Source: Geosiphon pyriformis uo1 (Eukaryota > Fungi > Glomeromycota). From it: 64,000 nucleotides of DNA. The translations under genes were made by a program, and so were the position numbers. This document shows, piece by piece, positions 50,283-63,669 of the stretch. The stretch's first letter is position 1. Each line of letters opens with the position of its first letter. The notes beneath the pieces are model-generated. The model was given only the letters and a program-made list of their open reading frames with translations. It ran no database searches and was not told the DNA's origin. Location of the stretch: positions 1,365,924 to 1,429,923 of the forward strand of contig JAAOMT010000009.1 of assembly GCA_016748015.1 (NCBI GenBank). The letters run 5' to 3'.

Positions 50283-52335
50283 ATGGATATTCAACCTAGA
50301 GTAACCTGTCTGTCTCGCTCTATTGATTTTTTGAAAAATCAGGACCCCTTTGAACAAGGAAAAAAGGCATTCCAAAACAATGATTTTAAAACAGCAGAAG
50401 CTTTTTTTACAAAGGTTCTTTAAGAGTTTATTGTACCTTTTTACGATAGGTCTTTTGAATATTTTTCCTTTATGTAGGCAACCAAAGAAAATCCTTCATT
50501 TACCTTATACGAGTTCCGTTGCTCAACTTATGAAAAACTAAATAAACCGGATTTAGCCTATCAAGACGCCATGAAAATGCTAGCTTTGAATGAAAAATGT
50601 GCAAAGGTCTTAATCAGAATTCAAATTGCAATTTAAATGCAAAACATTTTTGATATTCATTGTAATAGGGATATATTCGAGCGGGTCGAGCTCTGAAAAA
50701 ATTAAATCAACACCAAAAAGCTCAAAAGATTTATAACACTGGAAAAGAAAAAGTATACAAAGATGATCCTCTCTACCAGGTATTTTTAAAATTCAAAATT
50801 TTTATCGAGACATTTTCTCATTTTTGGCCTTTTGAAATCGTGATAGATTCTGGAAAACAGTTGTGAAGTTAAAAAAGTTGCAGTTGAAAACATGAGAGTA
50901 GTAAAATCGGTAATATATTTGTATTTCACTTATATTCCAATTCTTTTTACCTTACACTTTTATACTGACACTTTTTTATTAATAGGAAATATTCGCCTCG
51001 CGGAATCGTGATTTCCTCAATTTACTTCCTACAGAAATAGTACATGAAATAGTAGGCAGATTGCCTTTAAAAAGCCTCTGTATGACCGCATCTGTCTCGA
51101 AAGCCTGGCGAAAATTTATTAATTCATCCCCGATTCTATGGCGCAACTTGGATTTTAATAGTAATCAGAGAGCTCATAAGATTACTGACCAAACTATACG
51201 CGTCTACGCTAAAAGGGGTGGCCGACACGTGCGTTCTTTCATCTGTATGGATGCGACTAGTATCACTGATACAGGATTGAAATATCTCGCGGAGGTACGA
51301 TGCAATCGTATTCAACAACTAGAAATTACCCTCAACAACAAAATCTCTGGATCCCGTTTTACTATTTTCATCAAAACCGTCGGATCCCGTTTGACGACTA
51401 TTAATTTGCTAGGGACTTTAGCTGACTCTCAAACTATTAGAGCAATTCTAGAAACTTGTATAAATTTGAAATCACTCAACCTTTCTTACTGTAAAAAAAT
51501 TGGGGAGAAAGCTTTCAACCCAGAGCTTGTACGATCCAAAGCATGCAACTTAAATGAGCTTTGTCTGCGAGATTGTCCAGCTGCTAGCAAGGAAGCCCTT
51601 AGTTATTTTGCGATCCAGTTCCCTAAATTGGTAAAATTTGATTTACGGAATGATACAGATTTAACAATTACAGCTTTCGAGAGTCTGGGAAACTTTCCGG
51701 ACCTGGAATGTATTCGAATGAATTCCCCAAAATCCGAAAGCAACATGGGGAGATCATTCGAAGAAATTTGTGTGTCTGTGGCAAGTGGATGTACCCAAGT
51801 ACGTGAATTCGATATGAGATTTGGGTCTCTTTTGACAGATAATTGTATCCTAGCTTTGGTATCTCAATGGGGCGATCTTCAAGTATTGGATTTACAGGGC
51901 AATACTCAGCTCTCAGATGTGGCTATGCAGCATATCGGCAATAACTGTACAAAATTGAGAGTTCTCCGTATTGGCGTATGTCCCCAAGTGACAGATAGGG
52001 GTGTAATGTTAGTGGCGAGTCCAAATGGATGTAATTTGCTTGAAGGAATTGAGATTTCTCAAAATGGAAACATTACTAATGCATCACTGGAAGCGATAGC
52101 TGAGTACCTGCCCGGCATTATAGAAATCAATATCCGTTGTTGTTCCAAAATTAATGGAAGGGCCATTGTTAATCTGGTACTGAAACGAGGGACGAATTTG
52201 AAATACTTGGCAGTTGAAGGATGCGTGGATATCGCTAAAGACGCAATTTTATATGCTCGTAAAATAATTGAGAGCAGAGGAGGGAGAGTGAGTCATATTA
52301 TGCGAGAAGGAAGTGGTAGGCGACTTTTTGCCTAA
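50283..52335 (+). CDS. TPR-F-box-LRR protein (Dia2/Pof3-like SCF substrate receptor), ~6 exons
   Basis: Spliced N-terminal TPRs (GKKAFQNNDFKTAEAFFTK; YEKLNKPDLAYQDAMKM; GYIRAGRAL), F-box (LLPTEIVHEIVGRLPLKSLCMTASVSKAW), and cysteine-containing LRRs in the long last exon ending at 52335. GT-AG introns. Confidence 0.88.
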
Positions 52336-52600
52336 ATTCATTATTAGGTTTCTATTAAAAGCTATAAAGATGAATATTCGGTGTATCATTCTACCCAAGT
52401 TATATGATTATGATTTATGAATTTCGAGACTATTGTTATCAAAAAAATATAAAAATTGTTACAGTTTACAGATGAAGCAACCAATAAACACACCCCCTTT
52501 GTTGCCTAGATGAATCATGGCTGCATTCACATTAAATTGAGAACGGCTGCCATTGTTTTATTATATAATACAATTCCAAATTCTTCATATAATCCAGATA

Positions 52601-54457
52601 TTATACGGCATGGTTTGGATTTAACCCTTCGACTGGTTCACACAGAGTGCCATATCGATATGAATTTAATGGCCATGAACGACCATCGCCAAGCCTAATA
52701 TAAATGAATGAAAAATGAGTTTAATACTTGTTTCAAGAAACCTTCCTGAAATCGAATTAATTTTTCCTCTTGATGATACTCACGAGTTTCCAACAGGAAT
52801 GAACCAAAGATACCAAACTGGTCCCATAACTTGCATAAAATTGGCCCTAAAATGAGAGTTATTGAGATATGAAATAGACAAACAGAAATCAGATTTCAGT
52901 GAACAGAATGTTTCAATGACTTGAAAATGAACAATTTGTTATAAATTCTTTTCAAGATGATTGGAGGTCATTCAATTAAATTTGCACTATGAATACCCAC
53001 CTCTTTCCTACATCAAACAAATTCAAATATTTACTCATGATCACTCCTTCTTCTTCTTTTACTTTAAAATTTTGTCGTTGTAAACTTTCAAGAGTTGTTT
53101 GATTGGAAAAAATAAGGCTTGTATGATAAGCTGCAAAACCAGAAAGGCATAAAGCAAAAATGGCTCCCACAAGAATCAGGAATGACCAATTTGTGTCGAG
53201 ATCCAAGATTCCCTTGTTTTATTAATGAAGGAAAATACAAGTTAGACGCAAGGAGAGGATGAATGATAATCGTTTGATATCGTGACAAATACCTCATATG
53301 TGGAACCAGTAAATTGAAAGGTAGGTGGCATTGTGGCAAACATTAAAAAATATGAATATATTGTGGCCCACAATATAAAAAGATAAAAAAATTTTTGGTT
53401 TTGGTATCCTATACAATTATTAAGCCTGAAAAAGGGGAAGAAAACAAGATTTAATTAAAGATTGTGGAATAAAGATCAAATGTGATATTTCCTTTAAGTA
53501 CATACCAAGGGCAGTGGCTATCATAAAAACCAAAGAAAAAGATCAATAATAATAATAATCAAAGATTTAATAAGATCCAAAAAGAAAATTAAAACTTACT
53601 GATCCATTTTTAGAATACATCTGTTTATTGTGGTGATGAGAAATTAGTTGGTACACAATATTACTCGAATCATGAGAATATTAATTGTACCAGCGTTATC
53701 TGACCTTTTGCAAATACGACAATGATGGGTCCGATCCGGTTTAAAATTCTGACATTTTTTGCAGAATCGCTTTTCACCATTTTGCTTTACTGTTATTGTG
53801 CCTAGAGGAATTGATGAGCCATCCGATGTAAGATTAAGATTAGGAGTATTCTGAATTTGACCAGCATCTATAGAGGCTTCATTATTCGAAGGAATTTCCA
53901 GTGAATGTGATTGATGTTGGGGGATGGGTATATAGGAAGAGGTTTGATGTCGTATATTAGATAGTTCCGGTGATGGCTAAAGTTCAAGAATCCGGACAAG
54001 ATCATTTATGAACAATAGCATGGCCATTATTACTCGGTATTATATTTAATGAATTATATTATAAAATTTGAAATTAATTAATAATCTTTAGACATACATC
54101 AGAAGGGCTACCAGGGCTTGTAAAAACTGCTTTCAAATAACTCCACGCCGTTAATATAAATATTGGATGATAGAAGAGCAAGTAAATTATACCTGACCAA
54201 ATTCATTGAAAGGGGACTTGATTAGAATTTCAAAAAGGAAAAGAATAAAAAAATAAAAAAATGGTAGAAAACCAACCTTGAATAGGTTTCACTGTTAATA
54301 AATATAGAACACATAAACGATATACAAAGGCATAATAAGACCAAGCTAACAATGCAATTACAAACACCACCGGAAAGAATGCCGCTATATTTATTGTCAA
54401 ATTTATTATTTTCTTAAAAGTAGATAAATTATTCGAGATCTCGGAGTGTTTAACCAT
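52601..54457 (-). CDS. DHHC palmitoyltransferase (Pfa3/ZDHHC2-15-20-like), multi-exon
   Basis: N-terminal TM segment; [65 protein letters not shown]. Stop at 52601-52603. Confidence 0.92.
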
Positions 54458-55583
54458 CGCGTAGGCCTTGAACTTTTTTGCTTTGAATTTGAAAAGTTAG
54501 ATAACCTTATGCACTGAAATTTGTGGCGCAGTTCGGGATGGGAAAATACCGCTGGTGGCGTCACAGATAAAATATCATAAATGGCTTGGTCATTAAAAAA
54601 AAACAATTCGCCCGGTTTTGTAATTAACGCATGTATTTTTACCAACTTTGTAAATGCTAATGTTTGTTTTTTTTTACCTTTTTTATTTTCACTTGAAACA
54701 ATAAAAATTTTAAAACCAAATAAAATGGTTTGATTTCATTATACATATAACAATTCCTATAAAAAAAATCAATTTTAATAAAGTAAATAAAAATTTATTA
54801 ACTTTTTTTAATTTAATTTAAAATATTTGATTGAATATAGAACATGTATATTTAAATAACAGTGAGATCACACCATATGATTTTATATTAACTTTAAATT
54901 TAACATTTTTTATGTTTAATTATGTAATTTTGCTAATTTGTTAATTTGTTAATTTATTATTAATCTTGTTAATTATAATTTACATATTTTTTAATTAATT
55001 AATTTTTTAGTTTAATAATTTTTTTTATTTTAGTTATAAGATATTATAATATGAAAATATTACTATTTATTGCAAAAAAAAATTATTGTATTTAAATGGA
55101 AAATATTTTCGTATTTTTCTGTTGAAAAGTTTTATGCATAAAAAATAAAAATAAAAATAAAAATTGATGATAATGTCTTCATTAATCCATTAACCTTAAA
55201 TTCATAAATTTAAAGAGTAGAAATTTAGCAATAACTTTGAAAAAAGGTTAATACGTTATGATTTGCAAATATTTGTAAGCTCGATTTTCGCTAAGAACTC
55301 AAACGCCAAGATAAACCGTTTCTTGGAACGTCATCCTGATAAATAATATCATCATTATTAAAGCAATCTTTTAAGGAGTTATTCTGAGGAGTAACGGATC
55401 ATTGAAAAAAGCAAGGATGTAAACATAAAATTTTAACTTGCCACATAAAGTAACTTTTTTTACCATATTTTTTTTTCAAAATTTTCATTATTTTATTTGT
55501 TAAAAATTAAAAAATTTACATTATAATACATCTATAGGTTCTAAAACTATAAAGTCTCAATTCAATGGGCATAAAGCCAAAAT

Positions 55584-56618
55584 TCAAAAAGGGAGAATAT
55601 TTGATGCTTGATTCGCGAACACCCTTGAACCAAACTGTAGAGTTCCAACTCCACCTGGAAAATATGATACGACATACCTATTGATATAATATGACCGTTC
55701 AAGTCAACCATTACCGATTTTAAAAAAAAAATCATTGGGAAATTTTCAAAAATAGTTACCATATAAGAGCTAAAACTTGAATAATGCTGAATATAATCGT
55801 CAAAATATAGCTATGTAACTGGATTCAAAAGATATTAGATGAAATGCATTAACTTTGATCTGAAAATCGTACAGTTACATTTTAAAGAAACTTACTCCAA
55901 CAGCGAAATATAAGGTTGCGATCATTGATCCTAAATATGCAAATGTAAAAGGTAAACGTTGCATAGAAAGAATATGCCTTAGGTGTGCCATAGGCCCATG
56001 AAGGAGCGCAAAACTAGTGCATAAAATAGAGATTAACTTTAAAGAAAAATTGTAAAATATTGAAAGTTATCAATCAATACCTTGTCAATACGAAAAGACT
56101 TCCCATTGTATACGTAACTGCAAACTTGCGTGGTTTGAGCGCTAGCAAAGGTATGGTGAGAAAAGCCTTTGGGAAAATTAAAATCAAATTAACCGATAAG
56201 TTGGGATATGAAAAAAGGAACAGAAGACACCTACAATTAGGAAGCAAAGAGCCGCTGCTAGTAAGCATACGCCAAATCCTGTAAGTCTCTAAAATTATTA
56301 AATACAATTATGAAAAGGAATTCCCAAGGACACCAAATGGAAAAACAATATATATAAATAGAAATGGACCTGCCACCGTGTCAACGTAAACCATTCATCT
56401 TCTTCCTGTGTGTTATTTAACGGATTGTACCCCTGTACCCTGTTACTTACACTCCCAAAAAAATTTGAAGTAGTATCGGTGAGCCGAGAAAAAGGAGTGG
56501 TATTTTTATTAGTGGGAAGGCTAATGTTGCCATTATTATTGTTGTTGTTGTTGTTGTTGGAGCCCCATCTGAAGGAACGTAGAGAATCACGAAAATGTTC
56601 TTCACTCGAAGAAGGCAT
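55584..56618 (-). CDS. SFT2: SFT2/Got1-family vesicle transport membrane protein, multi-exon
   Basis: WFTLTRWQ; [16 protein letters not shown]; [27 protein letters not shown]; [13 protein letters not shown]. Confidence 0.9.
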
Positions 56619-56945
56619 TTGAATTAGAAAAAAGGATATTTAAATCGCTAAGTCTTTGACTGGCTCTTCAAAGAAGAATTTCAGGTGGGAGGGATTCGAG
56701 AAACAAATTTATTCAAGTCCTAAGATTTATATATTTGCCAACCTCGAGATCGTGGGAAATTTATTGAGAAATTTAGCCAACTTCTCTGTAAAGTTGATTG
56801 TAATACCGCGTAAGATATCACGTACAATCTTTCGGAGGGTTGGTCTGCTCGCCTAACTTTTACTTTTTAATAGGAGCTAAAAACAGATAATTTTGAATAC
56901 ATGTTGTAATACGATTTTTTTATTAATTTTGGCCGCCCGCCCGTT

Positions 56946-59900
56946 ATGAGTAAAACCCCGCTCAAGCTTTCGGAGTTTCCCGCCCGTCCTGGTTATGGCC
57001 AAGCGGGACGCGCCATTAAAGTTAAAGCCAATTTTTTTGAGGTTCTTCAACTTCCTGGTGGGTTATTTCAGCCTCCAGCTATCTCACCTTTTTTCCTTTT
57101 TATGAAGAACCATACAAGTGTTTTCCTTTTTTTGCAACAATCTTTTAGATTCCAACGCATATCAATACGATATCGACATTTCTCCGGAAGTACCTCCTGC
57201 TTTAAACCGAAAAGTTTTCAAATTTTTTCAGGAAAGTGAACGTGGAGGAATTCTCGGTGGAGTTAAACCTGTTTATGATGGTAAATTTTCTACCTGAACT
57301 TTATTTTTACCCATTGATTTACTTCCCATGGCTTTTTTCTTCACTAGGTCGAAGGAACGTTTATACGATTAAACAGTTTCCCTTTGGTGACAATGTTTCC
57401 GCTCAAGTGAGTTGTAGAAAATTTTTTCATATTTATTATATATTAATTCATGATTTTGGATCATATTAGGTGACCTTGCCGGAAGATGATGGGGTCCAAG
57501 TTGTGAAGAGGCCCCCTCGCCACTTTAACCTAAAATTAAAAAAGGTAGCCGAAAAAAATATGGAGGAGGCAAATCGATTTGTCAAGGGGAAAAGTGCCTC
57601 GTCAAATAATATATTAACAGGTAATTTAAAATAAATTGATCGTGGTGCAATTCAATATGATTGTAAATAATAAACTTCCATACTTGTTTGATCTAGCAAT
57701 AACCGCCTTGGATGTTTTAATAAATCAGGTCCCTGCATTAAATTTTACAAGCGTTGGACGTCGAGCATTTTACACTTCTGAAGGATCTGCTCCCCTTTAT
57801 GGTGGCGCCGAAGTTTGGCAGGGATATTGGCAATCTTTGAGACCTGGTCAAGGTGTTGTTTGCATGGAAGTTAATTTCAATGTAGCCACTGTATTTCTTG
57901 GCAATTTAAACGTTTCTTTTATATTTATTAGGGCGGTTTTTTATAAATTTTGACACAAGTGCAACCGCCTTTCATGAGCCAGGTCCAAACCTTGAATTTA
58001 TTCTTGATTCGCGAAATGAGAGGGCCAAATCCATGCTCAATCAATTTATTAAAACTTCTAGGAAATATTGCTGAGATTTTTGTCAAAATTCTTGGTTTTC
58101 GTCGAGTCGAAGAACTTCGTGGGCTTTCAGATAAAGACCGCATTAAGATTGAAAAGACACTGAAGCAACTGAAATTCCAGGTTGTTCATAGGGGGGAAAA
58201 TTTTCGTCGTCGATTTAAAGTTAAAAGGTTATCAGAACGTCCAGCCTCAGAAATGACATTTAGTAAAGGCAAGTTAACCTTCCCCATCTCAACGAGATTA
58301 TTGTCTTTTTTCTTGTCTAATCCCAATAATTAAAATCCTCCTTGATAGGTGAAGGTGAAAAACCAATCAATGTAACTCAGTATTTTCAACAGCAATACAA
58401 TCGAAAACTTCAATACCCTTTTCTTCCCTGCGTTGTAACTCCAAATGAGACATTCTTTCCCGCTGAAGTTTGTTATCTCGAAAGGGTAGGAGAGCTGATG
58501 TATCATTGTGGTGAATTTTTTCGAAAATTAAAAAAATTAAAAAAATTGACAGGGACAGAGAATTACGCGTAAGCTTAGTGATAAACAAACTGCTGATATG
58601 ATCAAATTTACATGTCAAGGTAAATCCATTTTGACCCTATATCCATATGTAAAATTCGGTTTGTTTTCCTTTCTTAAGATTAATCCATCTATTGGTAATC
58701 CAAGCTCCTCCAACACGTGCTGATAAAATTCAGAAAGGGATGGAGCTTTTAAAGTATGATGAAAATGAGTATTGTAAACAATGGGGCCTAAAAATTTCTC
58801 CTCGGATGGTTCATTTGGATGCGCGTATTCTTCCCCCGCCCAGGTTGGCTTACCATCCGGTAGAAGCATAATTCAGATATAACATTTTATTAATGTTTTA
58901 ACAGTTAACTTGGGCCTAATCCTTTTCTTTAACCTAAATCCGAATAGTCTTGCAATGAGTCAAATTTTGCCCCACATGCTGGCTCCTGGCAACTGGGCCC
59001 TGGCAAGAAGGCAAAAATTTTTTATAAAAACCCTTAATTTATTTATTTTATTCTGGAAAGTTCTCGGATTGGAATCATATCATTATTGACACGCAATTTC
59101 AGATGCTACATGGCGCCTCATTACAAAGTTGGGCTGTGATCATATTCGCGAGTACTCACCAAATTCGAAAAGAAGTAGTTGAGGTCTTTATTCGAGAATT
59201 GATTAAAACTCTTGGAGAAAATGGTACTTACTATAATATTTTACCAAGTTTATTAAGACTCCTTTATTCCAATACAATAATTCACGTTATTAATACTCAA
59301 GATTCTTTCCTGTAACCTCCAAAATTTGAAGGCATGAACATTACAAATCCTCATCCCAAAATTCTTCACGCAAATCCGCAAGGGAATATTGAAAGTACAA
59401 TACGACAAGCCTATCAGACAGCTGGAAATCAAACTCAACAAAAACCTCAACTGCTTTTATGCATCCTGCAAGCACGCTCTACTCTTTATGATGAAATTAA
59501 AAGGGTTGAAGATACTGTTCTGGGTGTACCAACTCAGGTTTATAATCTTTTCATTTCGTTTCTGTTTCAATATGACTAAAGGAGCGTCATGCATTGATAC
59601 CGCCCACCTTGTACATTAATACTTCAGTGTGCCATGGGTAAAAAAATATTGCGGGCAAACAAACAATATTATGGAATGCTTGGTCTAAAAATAAATGTTA
59701 AGCTTCAGGGCAGCAACATGAGTCTACAACCAGGATATCTTCCCTTTCTTGAAAAGGCTCCGGTATTTGTTTTGCTTTCATTGAATGATTGTCTTGGATT
59801 ATGAATTAACTCTGTCAAAATTACATACTGGGCTATCGAAATTTCCAGACAATTATCTTTGGTGCCGATGTCACACATCCTGGTCTAGGTAATTTTTATT

Positions 59901-61082
59901 AATGATCTTTGATTTCAAGTAAACATTTGAATATATCGCATTACTTTCTGTAGGTGATAATAGCCCTAGTATTGCGGCACTGGTCGGATCATATGATCCC
60001 AAAGCCACAAAGTACGCTACATCTATCCGGTTCCAAGCTTCGCGTATGGAAATAATATCTCCTCTTCAGGAAATGGTCCAAGAACTACTAAAAATCTTTT
60101 TCAAGGAAACGCGGAGAAAGCCCGCAAGGATTTTATTTTACCGCGATGGGGTGAGCGAAGGACAATTTGAGGAAGTCTTGAAATTTGAGGTCGAAGCGAT
60201 TCGTAAGGCTTGCTTAGCATTAGAAGCATCCTATAAACCCACGATTACCTTTATAATCGTTCAAAAAAGACATCACGCTAGGTTAGAATGGTCAATCAAT
60301 CATTCTTCAGATCGTTTGCGTCTTAAAGATTGTGAATTACACATGATGTATCTTCTGAAATCTAGATTTTTTCCTCTCGATCGTAAAGACTCGGATAAGT
60401 CACAAAATTGTTTACCAGGTGAGTGTATTCAGGTAACTCATAAAAATGAGCAATAAGGGGATTTACGAACTTCATTTTCTGAAAATGATAAAAAGGAACA
60501 ATCGTCGAAAAAGTAATAACGCATCCGTTCGAATATGATTTCTGTAAGTTATATTTATCTTTCTTTGGGTTGAAAATTCTACCGTTTGACATCTCTATTC
60601 GATATTTTATAGATCTGCAGTCACACCCTGGCCTACAAGGAACTTCACGACCAACGCATTACCATGTGGTCATCGACGGTTTGCATGGATAAACTGGTTT
60701 TCCATTGAAATCCATGAAAATTTTCATTTTTAATCAATTTCTCTTTATCTAATGTTTCTAGAAAATAAATTTTCCCCCGACAATCTCCAAAGTTTAACAT
60801 ACAACTTGTGTTACTTGTACGCTCGATGCCCTCGTGCAGTATCGGTGGTGCCACCTGCCTATTACGCTCACTTGGCTGCTTTCCGTGCTCGGTAATTTAA
60901 CTGATATGAAGTTTCTCTTAATCTTTGTAATATATACCCTCTAACCAATTAAATTAATTGCTAGATGTTGGCGTAAAGCTGTTGCCTTGCCAGAGAACAG
61001 TGGTAGTGTTGATATTGGAACAACTCCTGAAGATTACAACAGCCTAAAACCCGAATTGCAAAAAGTAATGTTTTACATTTAA
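56946..61082 (+). CDS. AGO: Argonaute (N, PAZ, MID, PIWI), ~20 short introns
   Basis: [18 protein letters not shown]; [15 protein letters not shown]; [20 protein letters not shown]; GADVTHP; [10 protein letters not shown]; QKRHHARFFP; [15 protein letters not shown]; [14 protein letters not shown]; C-terminal MFYI*. Confidence 0.97.
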
Positions 61083-61733
61083 TCGATGAGAGGTGGAAAC
61101 TTCAGTTTCTAGGCGAAACGATAAGATACAATAACTTTTTAGGCTTTTCACTTCTCCTTATCAAGCAATCATTCGTTTAAATTATTCTGATTTGTCTGAT
61201 TTTTAAAAAGGTCTTCCAAAGTTCCAGTACTTGAATCCATCCTTTTTTTTTATATAGACTAAAATTTTGAATTTCGACCTGCAATCATTAATTTATAATT
61301 TAATTACACCGAAGAAAAACTTTGACTCATTTTATATTTCTACATTTTGACCAAGTGAGAATTCAAGCAGTATCTCATGGTTATTTTTACCGCAGAGGAT
61401 AAAATCTTTGTGTTCACAATGCAATTACTTTTTTGATTCCTATGTAAGGGCAACTCAACGTGATTACATTTTTTTAAGTTTATATTTCTGTAGTATTTTG
61501 GGATTATACAAAGTATAATGTTTGACAAATTAGTTGATAAAAATGTTTATAATATTAAATATGATAAATAAAATTAGAGATAATTTTTTAAAATAGCTAA
61601 ATTCAACAATTAATGTATTTTTGGTATTGTATTTTTGTTTTATCAACAAATTTTTACAATAAAAATTAATTCGTGTTCAATGTTATGTTTCAGATTAGAT
61701 CTCTTAATTTCTTGGCCTTTTTAACAGCTGAAT

Positions 61734-63024
61734 ATGGAGTTGGAGAAACCTACAACACAAGAGCAAGTAAAAAGCAAGCTCACTAAAAGAGAACTAAAAG
61801 AGCTCACTCGACTTACACAGCTGGTTGTAAGAGAAGAAGAACAGGCTAATAATTATAAGCAAGTAACAACTCGCACAGAAATTTAAACAGGGTTTTGAAA
61901 CAACTCATTCTTGAGTTTGTCCCTTATAGGGAAAAAGCCAGGGAGAATATAAAGTGGCCTTCAAAGGACTCGAGAGATGTTTATCGGTGACCTGTTTTTT
62001 TTTTGAATTTATATTCACTCTCCTATCAAACCAAAGATCCTCTTTGTTCAGCCAAAGATTTCTCAATAGTAGCCTTCCGGTGAAATACACACCATATGAA
62101 TCACTTGCTTGTGCTAAGCCACTTTACGAGGAGAACATGAAATTAATGCAAATGCCTGCCATCAATGAAACTGCTTATATGTCTATCATAACTGGCCGAG
62201 AATCCTTTGAGCCACAGCTTGGCTATTTTTGTAATCCATCAGTATTTGCCCAAATTTTTGATGAACATTTATCCCAAGAAATTTGTGCGTTGGTTGATCA
62301 AGTTAATTCAGATTTTACAAAGAACATAAACTCCCGAACTGAATATAAGCCTATAGATGATGATTGGATGGATGGCATGCAAAAACATTATACAAAGCTC
62401 TTGACACAAAATTTTTTATGCGAATTGCTTGGAGCGATTGGGATCCTATTTAACAAAAAAAATAACTGGTTGATGAATAAAAACATCTCTTTCTCTTTGA
62501 CATGATCTTTTTTCAAATTATCAGTTATTGAACTTCTTATTATTCAGTGGAATGCCGTCGAAATCAGAAACCAAACGAAAATTGGAGATGGATTTCACTT
62601 GGCGTAACGTTTTGGACGCTTCACTGCTTCTCCATTTGCCGCAAAGTGTTCATGAAGCGAGTTTCCAAAGAGTAGCCGAATTATACGACTGTTCAAAACA
62701 GCATATGGGTATATTATTGTATGATTTTTTGCATATCTTAAGTATAAAATAAACATTTAATATTTTATTTTGAAATTTATTTCAGGTCGGTCGTACATTT
62801 TACATGAACAACATCGAAGAGTCAATCAATTGCATTACATAGATGAGCTTTCCACCCAAAAAAGTGTCGCCCCGAAAATTCAGGAAGTTTCAGAAACAGA
62901 AAAAGGGCCTCCTGAAGAAATCCAAAAAGTAGACAAGTTGGGTAAAAGAGTTCGAGTGCAAAAAAAAGGACTTATCCGAGAAATAGACAAAATAAATGAA
63001 CAACTAAGTAATGGATGTGAATAG
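61734..63024 (+). CDS. Uncharacterised spliced protein, possibly Rrn9-like (Pol I upstream activation factor); 5' exon structure uncertain
   Basis: Three ORFs (61954-62505, 62528-62752, 62770-63024) separated by intron-like segments, with ATG at 61734. DFTWRNVLDASLLLHLPQSVHEASFQRVAELY recalls a conserved block of fungal Rrn9-like proteins (from memory, weak). Confidence 0.55.
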
Positions 63025-63669
63025 TTCCCTGGAATTCACTAAGATATTTAAGTTGATCCTGTTAAAGACTTCGAATTAATTCAGGTTGGTCACGTTCTTT
63101 TTAAATGATCAGTCAACGCTTGTAACAGGTGTGGGATTGATGAAAATTATCAATAAATCCACGTATATACAAAGCGTAGAATAAAATTGGCATTATCATA
63201 AGCTTATTCCTTTATTGACACGCGAGGGAGGAATAGAATAACCTCTTGACACCACGAAGGAGACATCTATTGCCCAATTTGGGTGAAATATTGCGTTTCA
63301 TAATCAACTTTCGTTATTTTATTTAGATCAAGTTGCAGTTGTCAGGTGGTGTGTCAGAAAGTTCCTTGATATCATTGGCTCTCAAAGATTTATTTTGCCA
63401 TTTCAGCCACAAAAAGCCTTGATTCAGGAGATTAGAACTTCTCCGATAATCTCGGATATCGAATGTGATATAATTGATAGAGCATAAAAAATAATTGAAT
63501 TCCTTCCATCTACACCAAAATTATTTTTTATTTGTAAATTTGAGTCAATCCTACATTTCCAAAGTGTGGAAAGAGCTTCTGACCTTAATATTAAAGTCTT
63601 TTGATTTCCTTTAAAGATTTGTGTGATAAATTACGCGACTGATTTCCCCCTCAAATCCTGTTTTTTGAA

